Shown here: piece by piece, positions 37,349-50,304 of the stretch | How positions within the stretch are numbered: the stretch's first letter is position 1 | How the letters are laid out: each line of letters starts with the position of its first letter | NCBI GenBank assembly: GCA_964016885.1 | Contig: OZ024743.1 | Coordinates: 225,060,001-225,124,000 of the forward strand | Length of the DNA: 64,000 bases | Source: Eledone cirrhosa | Taxonomy: Eukaryota | Direction: 5' to 3' | Notes under the pieces: generated by a model | What the model saw: the letters and a program-made list of their open reading frames with translations, nothing else | Databases searched by the model: none | What the model was told of the DNA's origin: nothing | Made by a program: the position numbers and the translations under genes

Positions 37349-37688
37349 CAGTGGAACTTTGGCTCATGAACTTCATTGATTCTTGAAGGTTATTCGTCAC
37401 CTGAAATGTTTGTAAACTGAAACTATTTTTCCCATACAAAATGTTGAGAGAGAAATACAGAGAGAGAGGGGGGAGGAAGAGGGAGAGAGGGGGCGAGAGA
37501 GGAAGAGGGGGAGAGAGAGAAACTGTGTCAAAGACAGATAGATACCACCATAGTAACTAACTACACAGCAAGTGGTGCTTTCCTGCCGATACACCCAGCT
37601 TGTCGCCAACCTTTGTTGCTGGCTTGCATGTTCATTAACTGAGACATTTTATGTTCATAGAAATTGTTCGTGAACTGAAGTTCCACTG
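37349..37688. mobile_element. pogo/Tigger-type MITE
   Basis: TA-cagtggaactt..atgaac / gttcgtgaactgaagttccactg-TA. Confidence 0.75.
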
Positions 37689-37844
37689 TACTTGTAACTG
37701 TGCAAAGTGTGTGATGTGAACAATATGATGTGTTTATTTTTGTGGCTTATCAATGTATACAGTCAGTTCCTTTGACCTAGGTGTTGGGAAGACACTTGGT
37801 CAGAAATGGAAACAAAACTGAAGGAAGAGGAAAACCTCAAATGA

Positions 37845-38530
37845 TAATAATAATAATAATAATAATAATAATGTTTTCAGATTTAGGCTCAAGGCCAGCA
37901 ATTTTGTGTGTGTGTGTGTGGGGGGGGGGGGGTCGATCAAATCAACCACAGTTCGTTACTGGTACTTTATTTTATTGATCCCCACAAGAATGAAAGGTAA
38001 AGCTAACCTCGGCAGGATTCGAACTCAGAACATAAAGGGCCATAACTATGTTGCAAAGCATGGTGTCTGACGCTCTACTGATACTGACAAACCACCACCC
38101 TAATAATAATTTTTTCTACTTTTAGCACAAGGCCAGAAATTATACTAGTGCATTACTGGTACTTTATTTTATCGACCTCGTAAGGATGAAAGGCAAAGTT
38201 AACCTCAGTGGGATTTGAAATCAGATCGTAAAGGGGCGTAATTCTATGCTGCAAAGCATGGCGTCCGACTCTCTACCGATACTGCTAATCCACTGCCCTA
38301 ATAATAATAATAATAAACAATGATGATTTCTAATTTAAGCACAAAGTCAACAATATGTTAGGAAGGAAAAATCAGTTATACCAACCACACTACTTTACTG
38401 GTATTTTATTTTATTGAAACAGGAAGGATGAAGGATAAAGTTGACTTAGACCAGATTTGAATGTAAAGAGCTGGAAGAAATACCAATAATAATGGTTTCT
38501 ACTATAAATACAAGGCCAGCAATTGGGAGC
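37845..38530 (-). mobile_element. Tandem cluster of SINE family A copies with (AAT)n tails
   Basis: Copies at ~37870, ~38105, ~38325 and a stub at ~38490. Confidence 0.82.
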
Positions 38531-39939
38531 AGGGTTGATCTTGATACTATGAAGTTCTGTCCAGTTCTTTAATGATGCTGCTAATTCTCCACCCTCTTTC
38601 TCCCCTCTATCTGCCAAATAATAATGCCTTTGATTAACATACTAAACCAGGGCTGAACTCCAATACAAATGCTGTGGGATGACAATGGACAGTCTTTTGT
38701 ATACAAGTAACCTTATGTTGTATGCAACAGATGACAGACAACTGTAGTTACTGTTAAAGGTAATACAATGGATTCATAGGAGAAATTGACATGAAATTCA
38801 AGTCAACAATGAAAGGACAATTAATAAAATCCTCCTCCTTCTTTGCCCACATATTCCTTGAAGAGTCATGGAGGGAGAGTTCACACATGCCTTCCAGAGG
38901 GTCCTATCAGAAGCATTTGCCTCCAATTCAGTCAGATGCATTTCTAAGCACGTATTGAGCTCATGGATGTTATCTAACCACGTTGCTCCTGGTCTACCTC
39001 TGGTCTCCTGCCAGTCGGCTTTACCCGAAAAAATCTGTCCAGAGATTCTTTGCTTAGACATTCTAACCCCATGTTCATAGTATCAGAGCTGCGATCATTA
39101 ATTTCAGAAAAGTAGTAGCTCTATATAAAACCCACAAATCTAATATTAGGTGAAGAAACACAGACAAGAGAAATAGACCAAACAGAGATTTATAAATATT
39201 TAAGAATCAAGGAATTAGAGGAAGTACAAGACACACACATTGAAGCAAACTGTTAGGAAGGAATATTATACATATATTAAATCTAATACTTAAAATGGAG
39301 CAAAATGCCAAAATTAAAGTAATAGTATCAGTGGTTCCAATATTACGTCATAGAATATCAACTGCATACTTCATTAATTCATTTTATACCAAACTGACTG
39401 AATTTGCCTGTGTTACTATGCTATTAAGCAGTTTATTTTAAAGATATTATATGTATCTAAAACCTTTCCATCATAATTTTATTTAAGATCCCTTATAAAG
39501 AAAGTTACTTATATTACTAAATCTCTGAGTTTTTGATTATTTTCAAAATAAACAGATAAATCACAGGCAGTGTCTTTAATTAGAAATATGGTAATGAAAG
39601 AGTTACGTAGTAAAACAAGACAGGTAAAGATTAATGAATGCATTTATAAGTCCAACAGAAATATTATATAGTTATATATAGAGAGGTAGGTCGCTTTTGA
39701 AGCTAGAAAATTATTTTAAAATATCTACTGCTGTAGGAATATAAAAATATTCAGTGAAGAATGAAAGGAAACTAATGCACAGAGCTAAAAAATACGAACA
39801 AAGCAAAACACTATTGTGTGTCTGCAAGGAAGCCAAGAGACACTGTATTTTTTCATATATATTATGCGCTCATATATAATGTACACGCATAATCATAAGC
39901 AATGAATATATAATATACACTCATAAGCAATGAATATAT

Positions 39940-40112
39940 AATGATTTCTACTATAGGCACAAGGCCAGTAATTTGAAGGGGGAGGGGAAAGTCGACCCAG
40001 TATGGATGAAAGGCAAAGCTAACCTCGGCAGGATTTGAAATCATAACATAAAGGGCCGTCCGTAACTATGCCACGAAGCATGGTGTCCAGTGCTCTACCG
40101 ATACTGCCAATT
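39940..40112 (-). mobile_element. SINE family A
   Basis: Consensus match with internal deletion. Confidence 0.8.
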
Positions 40113-40635
40113 CATAATTATAGGCAATGAACTCCCAGAAAAATATATCTCTTGTAAACTGTTCCCTCCAGGCTGTGCAAATACACACACATTTTGCACA
40201 GTGCACACAAGAACTTGATGGACACACAAAAAAATAGATATGTGTACAAAGGGTTATTTACCTAAAATAATGTCACAATTAATAATTACATATTCAGAAT
40301 GCATATATTGTATCATAGGAGAAAATTATGCAACAGGAGGTTTTTGCAGATATTAAATACTAAAAATTAGAGGGAATATATTTCTTTGCATATAATACAC
40401 AACTACAAGAAACATTTTAAAGCCCTCCTTGCTAAAACAGCGATTAGTCTTGTGGGTCCCATGATAAACTTCATACTCGCCATGGGGTCCTTTTTTACAG
40501 CTGGGTGTGCTTTAAGTATCATACGCAAACACTCTTTCTCACACACACACATATATATATATATACCCATGCTAGCGTGGAAAATGGACGTTAAACGAAG
40601 ATGATGATGATGATGATATATATATATATATATAT

Positions 40636-40812
40636 ATGTTAATATAGAAATGGCTTCTACAAAACTAGAACTGTTTCGTTCAAAAGAAATCTTTTGAATG
40701 AAACAGTTCTAGTCTTGTAGAAGCCATTTCTATATTAACATGTTTACAATCAGCTAATTTATTGAGGACCTTACTAACTGTGGTTACTCCTGATTGAACC
40801 TGGGACTCACTT
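40636..40812 (+). mobile_element. Fold-back insert (106-bp palindrome + tail) between (TA)n and (TG)n, with hammerhead 3' half
   Basis: 40636-40741 palindromic; axis in ttcaaaaga-aa-tcttttgaa hairpin, followed by t-GAAAC-agttcta-GTC. Confidence 0.65.
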
Positions 40813-42345
40813 GTGTGTGTGCGTGTGTGTGTGTTCATGCTTGTATTTATGTTTGTATGTGATTATAAAATACCAATCAGCTACGGTGCCCCACCGTGGC
40901 CATAGTTTAATGATTAAAACCAGTAAAAGAATAAAATATATTAGATCCCTTATCAATTTTGCCAGACCTTATTATGGCTCTCAGCATTTTCCCAATATAC
41001 TTTGTTATATCATAAGCTGCACACAGAACATAACCAAACAAAGATATTAAAAATGAGAAAGTACTTGAATATTAAAGGAGCATGGTTTATTGTAAGCACT
41101 AAATCACACAGCCCTTCCCACTACATATACCATCACCTACAAACACTATGACACAACTACATCAACCCAGAACAGATTTTCCTATTTGCTAGGTGTGGCG
41201 GAAAGAGTCAAGCCTATGACCTTTGTAGCCACACCTCCTCCCTTCTTCTGAGACTAATGAGATTAATGCTGTTGATGTTTAGTTTAAATTGTTGAATGAC
41301 ATAAGCAGGAAAAGAATTCCAGAGGGATGACGTTATGAGATGGAAGGATTGGGTAACAAGTGCAGCAGGAGTGCATGAGTGGAAGTGGTACAAAGTCAAC
41401 CAAACTGAGGAGCAGAGGCCATTATGGTAACAATAGAAAAAGAAAAGAGGAGAGAAATTCTGTGGGCAATAAGTTGGAGCAAGTCTGTTAGTGATTTTCT
41501 GCTAATTAGACATAGAATTCAGTCCCCTCCTCTTCTAAAAAATAACACATACATACAAAAATGGAGGCAGCATCAGTAACACTAAATCCAAACAGTATCT
41601 TGGAATGCATATTACTACAGATAGATACTAATCCATTATATGTGGGAATCAAACAATTAGTCATCTAGCCAACTACTTATATTTATAAACACTAATAAGT
41701 ACACTACTGTCTGGGGCTACACATTAACTTCTAGAATACTCATGCCCCAAAATAACTTTCTCTGTGTGAACTCTGAACTACTTTTCTGTGTAATTCTCTT
41801 TATCCCCGTGTATTACCAGAATACACTACAAAACACCCAAAATAACTAACTTTCTCTAAGTAAGCCCTCAACTACTGCTCTGTAGAATTTTCTTCACATC
41901 TATATATTATTACCAAAATTCCAACCCACCTTAAAGTGTTCATATTTAAATTGAAACTTTCCATTATAATTATTGTTAAGAACCTTTTTCTTTAAAAAAA
42001 AAAAAAATTTATTGATTCATAATTTCATATTCAATTGTATATTTAAGCGTATATATATATTTACACGAGGAAGAGCGAAAGCGGAGTAAATTATGCTAAT
42101 AGTAAAAGCAGGTTGAACTGGTGCAGCAAAGAAGCTGTTTGTTAGCAGGGGCAAGCTCTACTCTCTTCAAAGGATGACACCTGTAGTATCAACCATTCCA
42201 TCTCACAGGATTCCATCTTCAGGTGAAATACCCTCCTCTTGATTTAAGAGAAGAAAACAGCAGCCCAAGGACTGAGGCAGGTCACAATAGCAATGGATGT
42301 AAAAAGAAAATCATCAATCAAAGACAAGTATTTAATATTATTACC

Positions 42346-42568
42346 AGGGTGGAGGATTGGCAGTATTGATAGAGTGTTGGACAACATGCTTAGCGGCATA
42401 AAGTTACGGCCCTTTACATTCTGAGTTCAAACCCCACAGAGGTTAGGTTTACTTTTCATCCTTAAGAGGTTGATAAAATAAAGCACCGGTAATGCACTAG
42501 GGTTGATTTAATTGACTTTCCCCTCCCATTTCAAATTGCTGGTCTTGTGCCTAAAGTAGAAACAATTG
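42346..42568 (+). mobile_element. SINE family A
   Basis: Consensus match. Confidence 0.85.
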
Positions 42569-43323
42569 TTACCAGAATACAGCTCCCAACACCAACTTAA
42601 AATCACATTTTTGATTATTTAAAAAATGAATTGAAAATCCTAGGCAGTGTATTTCAAGAATAATAATTAAAGGATTAATGTGGTAGGGACACCACATTAG
42701 ATATGGGGATAATGAAAACAATGTAACATATACACATATACACCAAACCTTATACAAAAGTAAAAACCTTTATTCTCCCACACATAATCATATAGACACA
42801 TACATGCACATGAACACTCATGCAACTGCACTAAAATTAACATGTATCTTAAGAAAAAAAGAATATATATATGTATATCTTTGGCTTGAATTCTGATGAA
42901 TGTAATAGTTTGAAAGAAAAGGAAAAACTTTGATGTTTAAAGTTTTCTATTTGATAAATGGATTTATAAAACTTATACCAGCCACATATCTCAATTAGCA
43001 TGATACAGTTGTTGGTTTATCTACTGTGCAAGTTAATTATGCTGATAGTAAAAGTAGTTTTAACTGGTGCAGCAAAGATGCTTTCATTAGAATGACAACT
43101 TCAAATAAAAAAGCTAGAAGATTGCTTCATAATAGTAAATTGATTTTCATCTCCAAGGATAGATCATCATAAATTGGTTGACTATACAACGAAAATAAAC
43201 AACTGTTGGTGTTGCATTGCTGTTGGTTATGACATGTTCCAGCTTTGTTGAAGAATGGAAACAGCCTGCTCATGGAAGTAGTATGCAAATGGCTGAACAT
43301 TCCACAGACATGTGTACTCTTAA

Positions 43324-43524
43324 CCCTTTAGCATTCACATTACTCTATATTGTATTTTCACAGAAAAGGCTTTATCTCACATAATATCGAATCTATGAGA
43401 TTTTGATATTATTTATTTTGAGAACAATACCTTAATGTCAGTTTGAGTGGCCGGTTACAGCCAGTTTGAACAGAAAGGGGAGAGAAAATTCTGGCCGGAT
43501 ATGGCTGGTTTAAATGTTAAATGA
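43324..43524. mobile_element. piggyBac-type (TTAA) MITE nested in a SINE
   Basis: TTAA-ccctttagcatt..aatgttaaatga-TTAA; uninterrupted host repeat at 56170-56400. Confidence 0.65.
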
Positions 43525-44659
43525 TTAATGTAGTTGTCAAGGAGATTCAGCACGACACAGAGTGTGACAAGGCTAACCCTTTGAATTAAAGATACAGCTC
43601 ATATTTTTCCAGCTGTGTGGATGAGAGCAACATGAAATAAAGTGTCTAGCTCAAGAACACAACACACTACTGGAAATCAAACTCATGACCTTATGATCAT
43701 GAGCTGAAAACCCTAAATACCTTCACTGAGCAAGCACTGTAATATTGTCAAACTGTTACATTTCAGCTATAGCCATACACAGCAGCCACCATCTTGGATT
43801 GATGATAATGGTTTCTAAAGGCCAGCAATTTTTGGTAGAAGAGGAAGTTGATTATATTGACCCCAGTAGTTGACAGCTATTTTATTTTATTAACCTCAGA
43901 ATGATGATAATAGGCAACGTGACCTCTGTGGGATTTGAATTGGCAGAACAACCACAAATCATTAGTCTAACACTTTAATGACTGTCAATCCAAAGCCCTT
44001 GGGTTGATAATAAGACATGCTTTGTACCAGTGATGACACTTGGTGTCATTAAACAACAAAAACAAAGCCATTTTACCCCCACTAAAGTAGGAGTTAGCTT
44101 TGTGGTCCCCATGGCATGGGGTTCTTTTTAAGGCAAAGTTTTATAAGTGGATGCTATTCCTAGTGCCAGCCTTTCTAGTTTCCTCTCAAAACACAAGAAT
44201 ATGGTACACCTATTTTAAATTAGATACAACTTGGTATTATTAAAGCTACAACAAAACCCCATAATCATAATTGTTTACCATTTGTTTTCCACACTACCAA
44301 ATATTGGACATGTCCTCCCAGACCAGTTAGTACTCAATTGGAGCTACTCACCTCTCAGATAGGCTTGTGGCCCTCATCTCGCTTATATACATTCCTGTAG
44401 TCTATTAATTGTTCCGATGGGCTAGGGGCCTGCATCTAGCTTACAAATGATCCTACAGTCAACTGGGTGCATTTTATCATGGCACCAGCACTAGGGTGGT
44501 TGTCATGTCTTGTATGGCTGGATGTCCTTCCTATCCCCAACCCCATCACAGAGTGCATTTATTGTGTAGATCACCAATACTATGGAGTTTGTCATATCAA
44601 TGGCACACTGAAGAATCCTCTCAACCCTTTGTTTGGGCAAGTTTTTAATAGCTTGATAT

Positions 44660-45330
44660 AAAATTAGGATGAAAAGAGAGCAGACTTGACAACTCTTTCA
44701 ATAACTTTCATGAACTGGTTAATCAAATTGATGCCTCTTTAGTTATCCCTCTCTAGTGCATCTCCTTTACCCTTGTAGCTGTTCACAATGATACCCAGTC
44801 ATTGGGTATGATATTATCCTGAACTACTTGATTAATTATGCATCTGACTAACTTACCATGTTAGTTGTTTTCAGCATCTCAGCAAATATACCATATGATC
44901 AGCCACCTTCCCTACCATCATATCCCTAATTACTTTGTCTATTAGACCGCTGTCAATTTTTATTGTTTGTCTGTCAGTTGAATCTACATGGGTTAGGCCC
45001 TCACTATCCTATTCATTCTCTTTAACCAGCATTCTTTTGTAGTAAGACTTCCATGCCTTTTTCTTTTAGGCATCAGACAGGATAAGTGCTCTACTATCAG
45101 TTTGGACACACTTTTCTCCAGCTATGCCTTGGTTTTTTTCTTGTACACTGTCTTGGAATCCAGAACGCTTTAATCCTCTGCTCCTCATGGCACAGAACAT
45201 GTGCAAGTTTCTTTTTTTCTACTTCTCCACTTGCTAGATATACTTGGTACCTGGTCTCTCTTCTAGTTATTTGGTATTGCTTTCTATTTCCCCCTTTACT
45301 CCAGCCTCTCCAGGCTTATCTTATTATTTT
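44660..45330 (-). mobile_element. Old decayed copy related to RTE family A
   Basis: Aligns by eye to 11690-12345 (gcatctcctttacccttgtag; acacacttttctcc). Confidence 0.7.
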
Positions 45331-45349
45331 ATGGCCCTATCTAACATAT

Positions 45350-45649
45350 GCATGCAGTACATGCTGTGAAACAGTAGTGCTGGTGCCAGAAAAGTATGTA
45401 CCCGGGACACCATGTAAAGTGGTAGTGCTGGTGCCACGATAACATGCACTTGGTACAAGCTGTAAAGAAGTTGGCATTAGGAAGGTCATTAAGCCATAGA
45501 AACCATGTCAAAATGAAACATATGAGCAAGACATGATCATTTGACTTGCCTAGTCTCATAATTTGACAACTCATCTGACCTGTACCAACATGGAAAACAG
45601 ACATAAAACAGTGATCATAATTATGATAACGATGATGATGATGATGATG
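45350..45649 (+). mobile_element. Non-coding RTE 3'-tail element
   Basis: Same tail motifs and (GAT)n. Confidence 0.6.
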
Positions 45650-46029
45650 GCTAAGAGTGTTCTATATTCTGTATAATCTTTATCAGTATGCAAATAGAAG
45701 AACTATGAGAATGTAACCAAAGCAATAACGTACAAACTCCCCAGATATTTCTTGCTTATTAGATAGAATATTAGTATAAGATAAAATGAACGGAGATTGA
45801 AGAAGCTATAGCTTTATTTAATGATGTATGTTGCTGATATGATAAATTAGAGATCAGGTGTGAATTACAGTGGAAAAGAAAGGTAAATCTTGTTACTATT
45901 AATAACATTTCACACATAACATCTCTCTATAAGAAACAATATGATTATGATTGTAACTACAAATGAGAGAAGGAGCATGAAGGGTAGTGGAGGGAGGGGT
46001 GAGAGTGGTAGTGGGAATGTGAGAAGAAA

Positions 46030-46345
46030 CAGGAGTAAGAGTAGGAGTGGGAGAGTGAGAGGTAGTAGGAGTGGGAGAGTGAGAGGTAGTAGAAGTGGGA
46101 GAGTGAGAGGTAGTAGGAGTGTGAATGAGATCAGGAGTGGGAGAGTGAGAGGTAGTAGGAGTGTGAATGAAATCAGGAGTGAGAGAGTGAGAGGTAGTAG
46201 GAGTGAGAGAGTGAAAGGTAGTAGGAGTGGGAGAGTGAGAGGTAGTAGGAGTGGGAGAGTGAGAGGTAGTAGGAGTGGGAGAGTGAGAGGTAGTAGGAGT
46301 GGGAGAGTGAGATGTAGTAGGAGTGTGAATGAGAGCAGGAGTGGC
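46030..46345. repeat. 24-bp purine-rich minisatellite ggtagtaggagtgggagagtgaga
   Basis: About a dozen units with variants. Confidence 0.92.
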
Positions 46346-46502
46346 CAAGTGAAAGGAGGCTGGAGTAGAGTGAAAGAAAGTGGGCTTGAGAGATTCTATT
46401 TGAGAGGAGGAATGTTTAGCCAGTACATAGGTACAAAAGAAAAAATTACTAACTATAAGTAACTACAGTAAAGTAAGTCTGCTACTAAGAGAAAAACTGA
46501 AT

Positions 46503-48275
46503 TTAAAACTCCAGCAAAGGTGACATGGTCATTAAAACTCCAGCAAAGGTGACAGGGTCATTAAAACTCCAACAAAGGTGACAGGGTCATTAAAACTCCA
46601 GCAAAGGTGACAGGGTCATTAAAACTCCAGCAAAGGTGACAGGGTCATTAAAACTCCAACAAAGGTGACAGGTCATTAAAACTCCAGCAAAGGTGACAGG
46701 GTCATTAAAACTCCAGCAAAGGTGACAGGGTCATTAAAACTCCAGCAAAGGTGACAGGGTCATTAAAACTCCAGCAAAGGTGACAGGGTCATTAAAACTC
46801 CAGCAAAGGTGACAGGGTCATTAAAACTCCAGCAAAGGTGACAGGGTCATTAAAACTCCAACAAAGGTGACAGGTCATTAAAACTCCAGCAAAGGTGACA
46901 GGGTCATTAAAACTCCAGCAAAGGTGACAGGGTCATTAAAACTCCAGCAAAGGTGACATGGTCATTAAAACTCCAGCAAAGGTGACAGGGTCATTAAAAC
47001 TCCAGCAAAGGTGACATGGTCATTAAAACTCCAGCAAAGGTGACATGGTCATTAAAACTCCAGCAAAGGTGACATGGTCATTAAAACTCCAGCAAAGGTG
47101 ACATGGTCATTAAAACTCCAGCAAAGGTGACAGGGTCATTAAAACTCCAGCAAAGGTGACAGGGTCATTAAAACTCCAGCAAAGGTGACAGGGTCATTAA
47201 AACTCCAGCAAAGGTGACAGGGTCATTAAAACTCCAGCAAAGGTGACATGGTCATTAAAACTCCAGCAAAGGTGACAGGGTCATTAAAACTCCAGCAAAG
47301 GTGACAGGGTCATTAAAACTCCAGCAAAGGTGACAGGGTCATTAAAACTCCAGCAAAGGTGACAGGGTCATTAAAACTCCAGCAAAGGTGACAGGGTCAT
47401 TAAAACTCCAACAAAGGTGACAGGTCATTAAAACTCCAGCAAAGGTGACAGGGTCATTAAAACTCCAGCAAAGGTGACAGGGTCATTAAAACTCCAGCAA
47501 AGGTGACAGGGTCATTAAAACTCCAGCAAAGGTGACATGGGCATTAAAACTCCAGCAAAGGTGACATGGTCATTAAAACTCCAGCAAAGGTGACAGGGTC
47601 ATTAAAACTCCAGCAAAGGTGACAGGGTCATTAAAACTCCAGCAAAGGTGACAGGGTCATTAAAACTCCAGCAAAGGTGACATGGTCATTAAAACTCCAG
47701 CAAAGGTGACATGGGCATTAAAACTCCAGCAAAGGTGACATGGTCATTAAAACTCCAGCAAAGGTGACAGGGTCATTAAAACTCCAGCAAAGGTGACATG
47801 GTCATTAAAACTCCAGCAAAGGTGACATGGTCATTAAAACTCCAGCAAAGGTGACAGGGTCATTAAAACTCCAACAAAGGTGACAGGTCATTAAAACTCC
47901 AGCAAAGGTGACAGGGTCATTAAAACTCCAGCAAAGGTGACATGGTCATTAAAACTCCAGCAAAGGTGACATGGTCATTAAAACTCCAGCAAAGGTGACA
48001 TGGTCATTAAAACTCCAGCAAAGGTGACATGGTCATTAAAACTCCAGCAAAGGTGACAGGGTCATTAAAACTCCAGCAAAGGTGACAGGGTCATTAAAAC
48101 TCCAGCAAAGGTGACATGGTCATTAAAACTCCAGCAAGGGTGACAGGGTCATTAAAACTCCAACAAAGGTGACAGGGTCATTAAAACTCCAACAAAGGTG
48201 ACAGGTCATTAAAACTCCAGCAAAGGTGACAGGGTCATTAAAACTCCAACAAAGGTGACAGGGTCATTAAAACTC
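46503..48275. repeat. 29-bp minisatellite attaaaactccagcaaaggtgacagggtc, ~61 copies
   Basis: Head-to-tail units with few variants, no spacers. Confidence 0.97.
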
Positions 48276-48647
48276 ACGAGAAATAATAAAAGAACATTTT
48301 TGAAATTTCATAATTGGATGAAAACAGAAGAAAACTTTCTTAGAAGATTGTGAAGTGAAGATTTCTCTCTCTCTCTTTGTAGGTAGGTATGTAGTATTAG
48401 GAAGAATAGAGAGCTATAAATGTGAAAGTGCATACATGGTCTAGTGGTTAGGGTATTGGACTTATGATTATAGTGATATGGGTTTGATTGCTGACCAGGT
48501 TGCATGTTGTGTTCTGGAGCAAAACACTTATTTTCATACTATTCCAGTGCACTCAGCTAAAAATGAGCATCGGTAGTTGCTGGTAGTTAACCCTACAGTG
48601 GACTAGCATCCTGTTCAGGAGGTAGTCTTTAACTCTCAATTGCTTAA

Positions 48648-48846
48648 CCCTTTAGCATTTAAACCAGCTGTATCCGGCCAGAATTCTCTCACCTCTTTCT
48701 GTTCAAACTGGCTGCTCATACTGACATTAAGGTATTGTTCTCAAAATAAATAACATCAGAATCTTGTAGATTCAATATTATGTGAGATAATTATATATAT
48801 AATTGTATTTTTACGATAAAGGCTTTATCTTACAAATGCTAAAGGG
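48648..48846. mobile_element. piggyBac-type (TTAA) MITE nested in SINE family B tail
   Basis: TTAA-ccctttagcattt..aaatgctaaaggg-TTAA; same family as 43324 and 63839. Confidence 0.8.
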
Positions 48847-50304
48847 TTAATGCTGATGAAAACAGAGATAAGCGCCAGACTGATGAGCCTCCAAGTTTTA
48901 GATAGACATTTTTAACTTTATGCAAATACAAGATGATGAGTTTGATTCAAGATGACATGTGTCCTCGAGCAAGATACTTTATTTCGCATTGCTCCAGCCT
49001 ATTTAACTGGAAAAAAATTAGGTGTATCTATAATTTAAAGAGTTATCTGTGTCATCACAATGTCATGCTGAATCTCCCTGAGAATTACATTAATGAAACC
49101 TGTCTGTGGAATGCTAAAACATTTTCACATTAATACTAAAAGCAGGCTGTTCAATTGTTCAAACAACTGAAACACTCATTGTCATAAGCGATGGTGGTCA
49201 AACACACACATAAGAATACACAGACATACACACACAGACACATGCATACACAGACACAGCTATTAATGTTAGCACCAAAAACGTTTATTGTAAAGCAGAG
49301 CAAAATAATCCCTGCTAAAGCAACATGGAGAACTGTTCCAAAAGAAGTTAGAGAATGTGTTAGCTATATTTACAGCCATTCTGACAGACAATTGAAAGAA
49401 AAACTTGGGTCTGTGCCAATGTATATTTACTATTTCATGTGATGTCTTTAAAACTGGAGATAGATATCTTCAAAATTAGGAATACCTGTAAGAAGTATAT
49501 CTCACAACATACAGACATATACACAAAGATAAAAATATATTCTTTCACTGTAGCCATATTAAAAGGATTTTAATCAATTATATCTGCCTTAGTACTTATT
49601 TTATTGATCTCTTTTTTTTTGTTGAACTGCTAAGTTACAGAACAAACACAAACGTAAACACATATACTTATATATACACACGCATCATTATCATCTTCAT
49701 TTACTGTCCACTTCCCTGCTAGCAAGGGTTGGATGGGTCATCACAGACCACGTCAGTAATGATATCTTAGATAGGCCAGACCAGAGGCCACATTTCAATT
49801 ATATATGTCCTTACACTTTACAGAGTGCACTGTCAATTTTATCATGGTACCAGCAACAGGAAGGTTGTCATATCTTAAACATAACTGAAAAGTTCTCTTT
49901 ACTCATTGTTTAGCAATTTTCTACAGCTTTATGTCCTTCCTATCACCAACCACTCTACAATGTCTACTGAGTATATTTTATCATGTCTCTGAAATAGTTG
50001 TTTCTAAATTTGGCACAAGGCCAGTAATTTAAAAGGAAGGGAAAAGTCGATTAAATTGCCCCAGTGCGTAACTGGTGCTATTTTATCGACCTCGTAAGGA
50101 TGAAAGGCAAAATTCAGAAGTGTTATAATATAGTTTATCTGCTTAAACTTCCTTATACCAACCTGGCCAAAATTTGCTGTTGTTCTATAGAATGAAAACA
50201 CACATTTTAAAGGATTTATATTAAAATTAAAATCTTTTCAACATAATTTTATATAAGAACCATTTGTTACAAAAAACAATAGTTCTAACAAGTACCACCC
50301 ATAT

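Noticed and set aside
45899-46462. TTSHSPTP mucin-like and RSGRVRGS ORFs
   Set aside because: Translations of a 24-bp minisatellite; no supported exon boundaries
46503-48275. CRISPR-like 29-bp repeats
   Set aside because: No spacers; head-to-tail minisatellite in animal DNA with no cas genes
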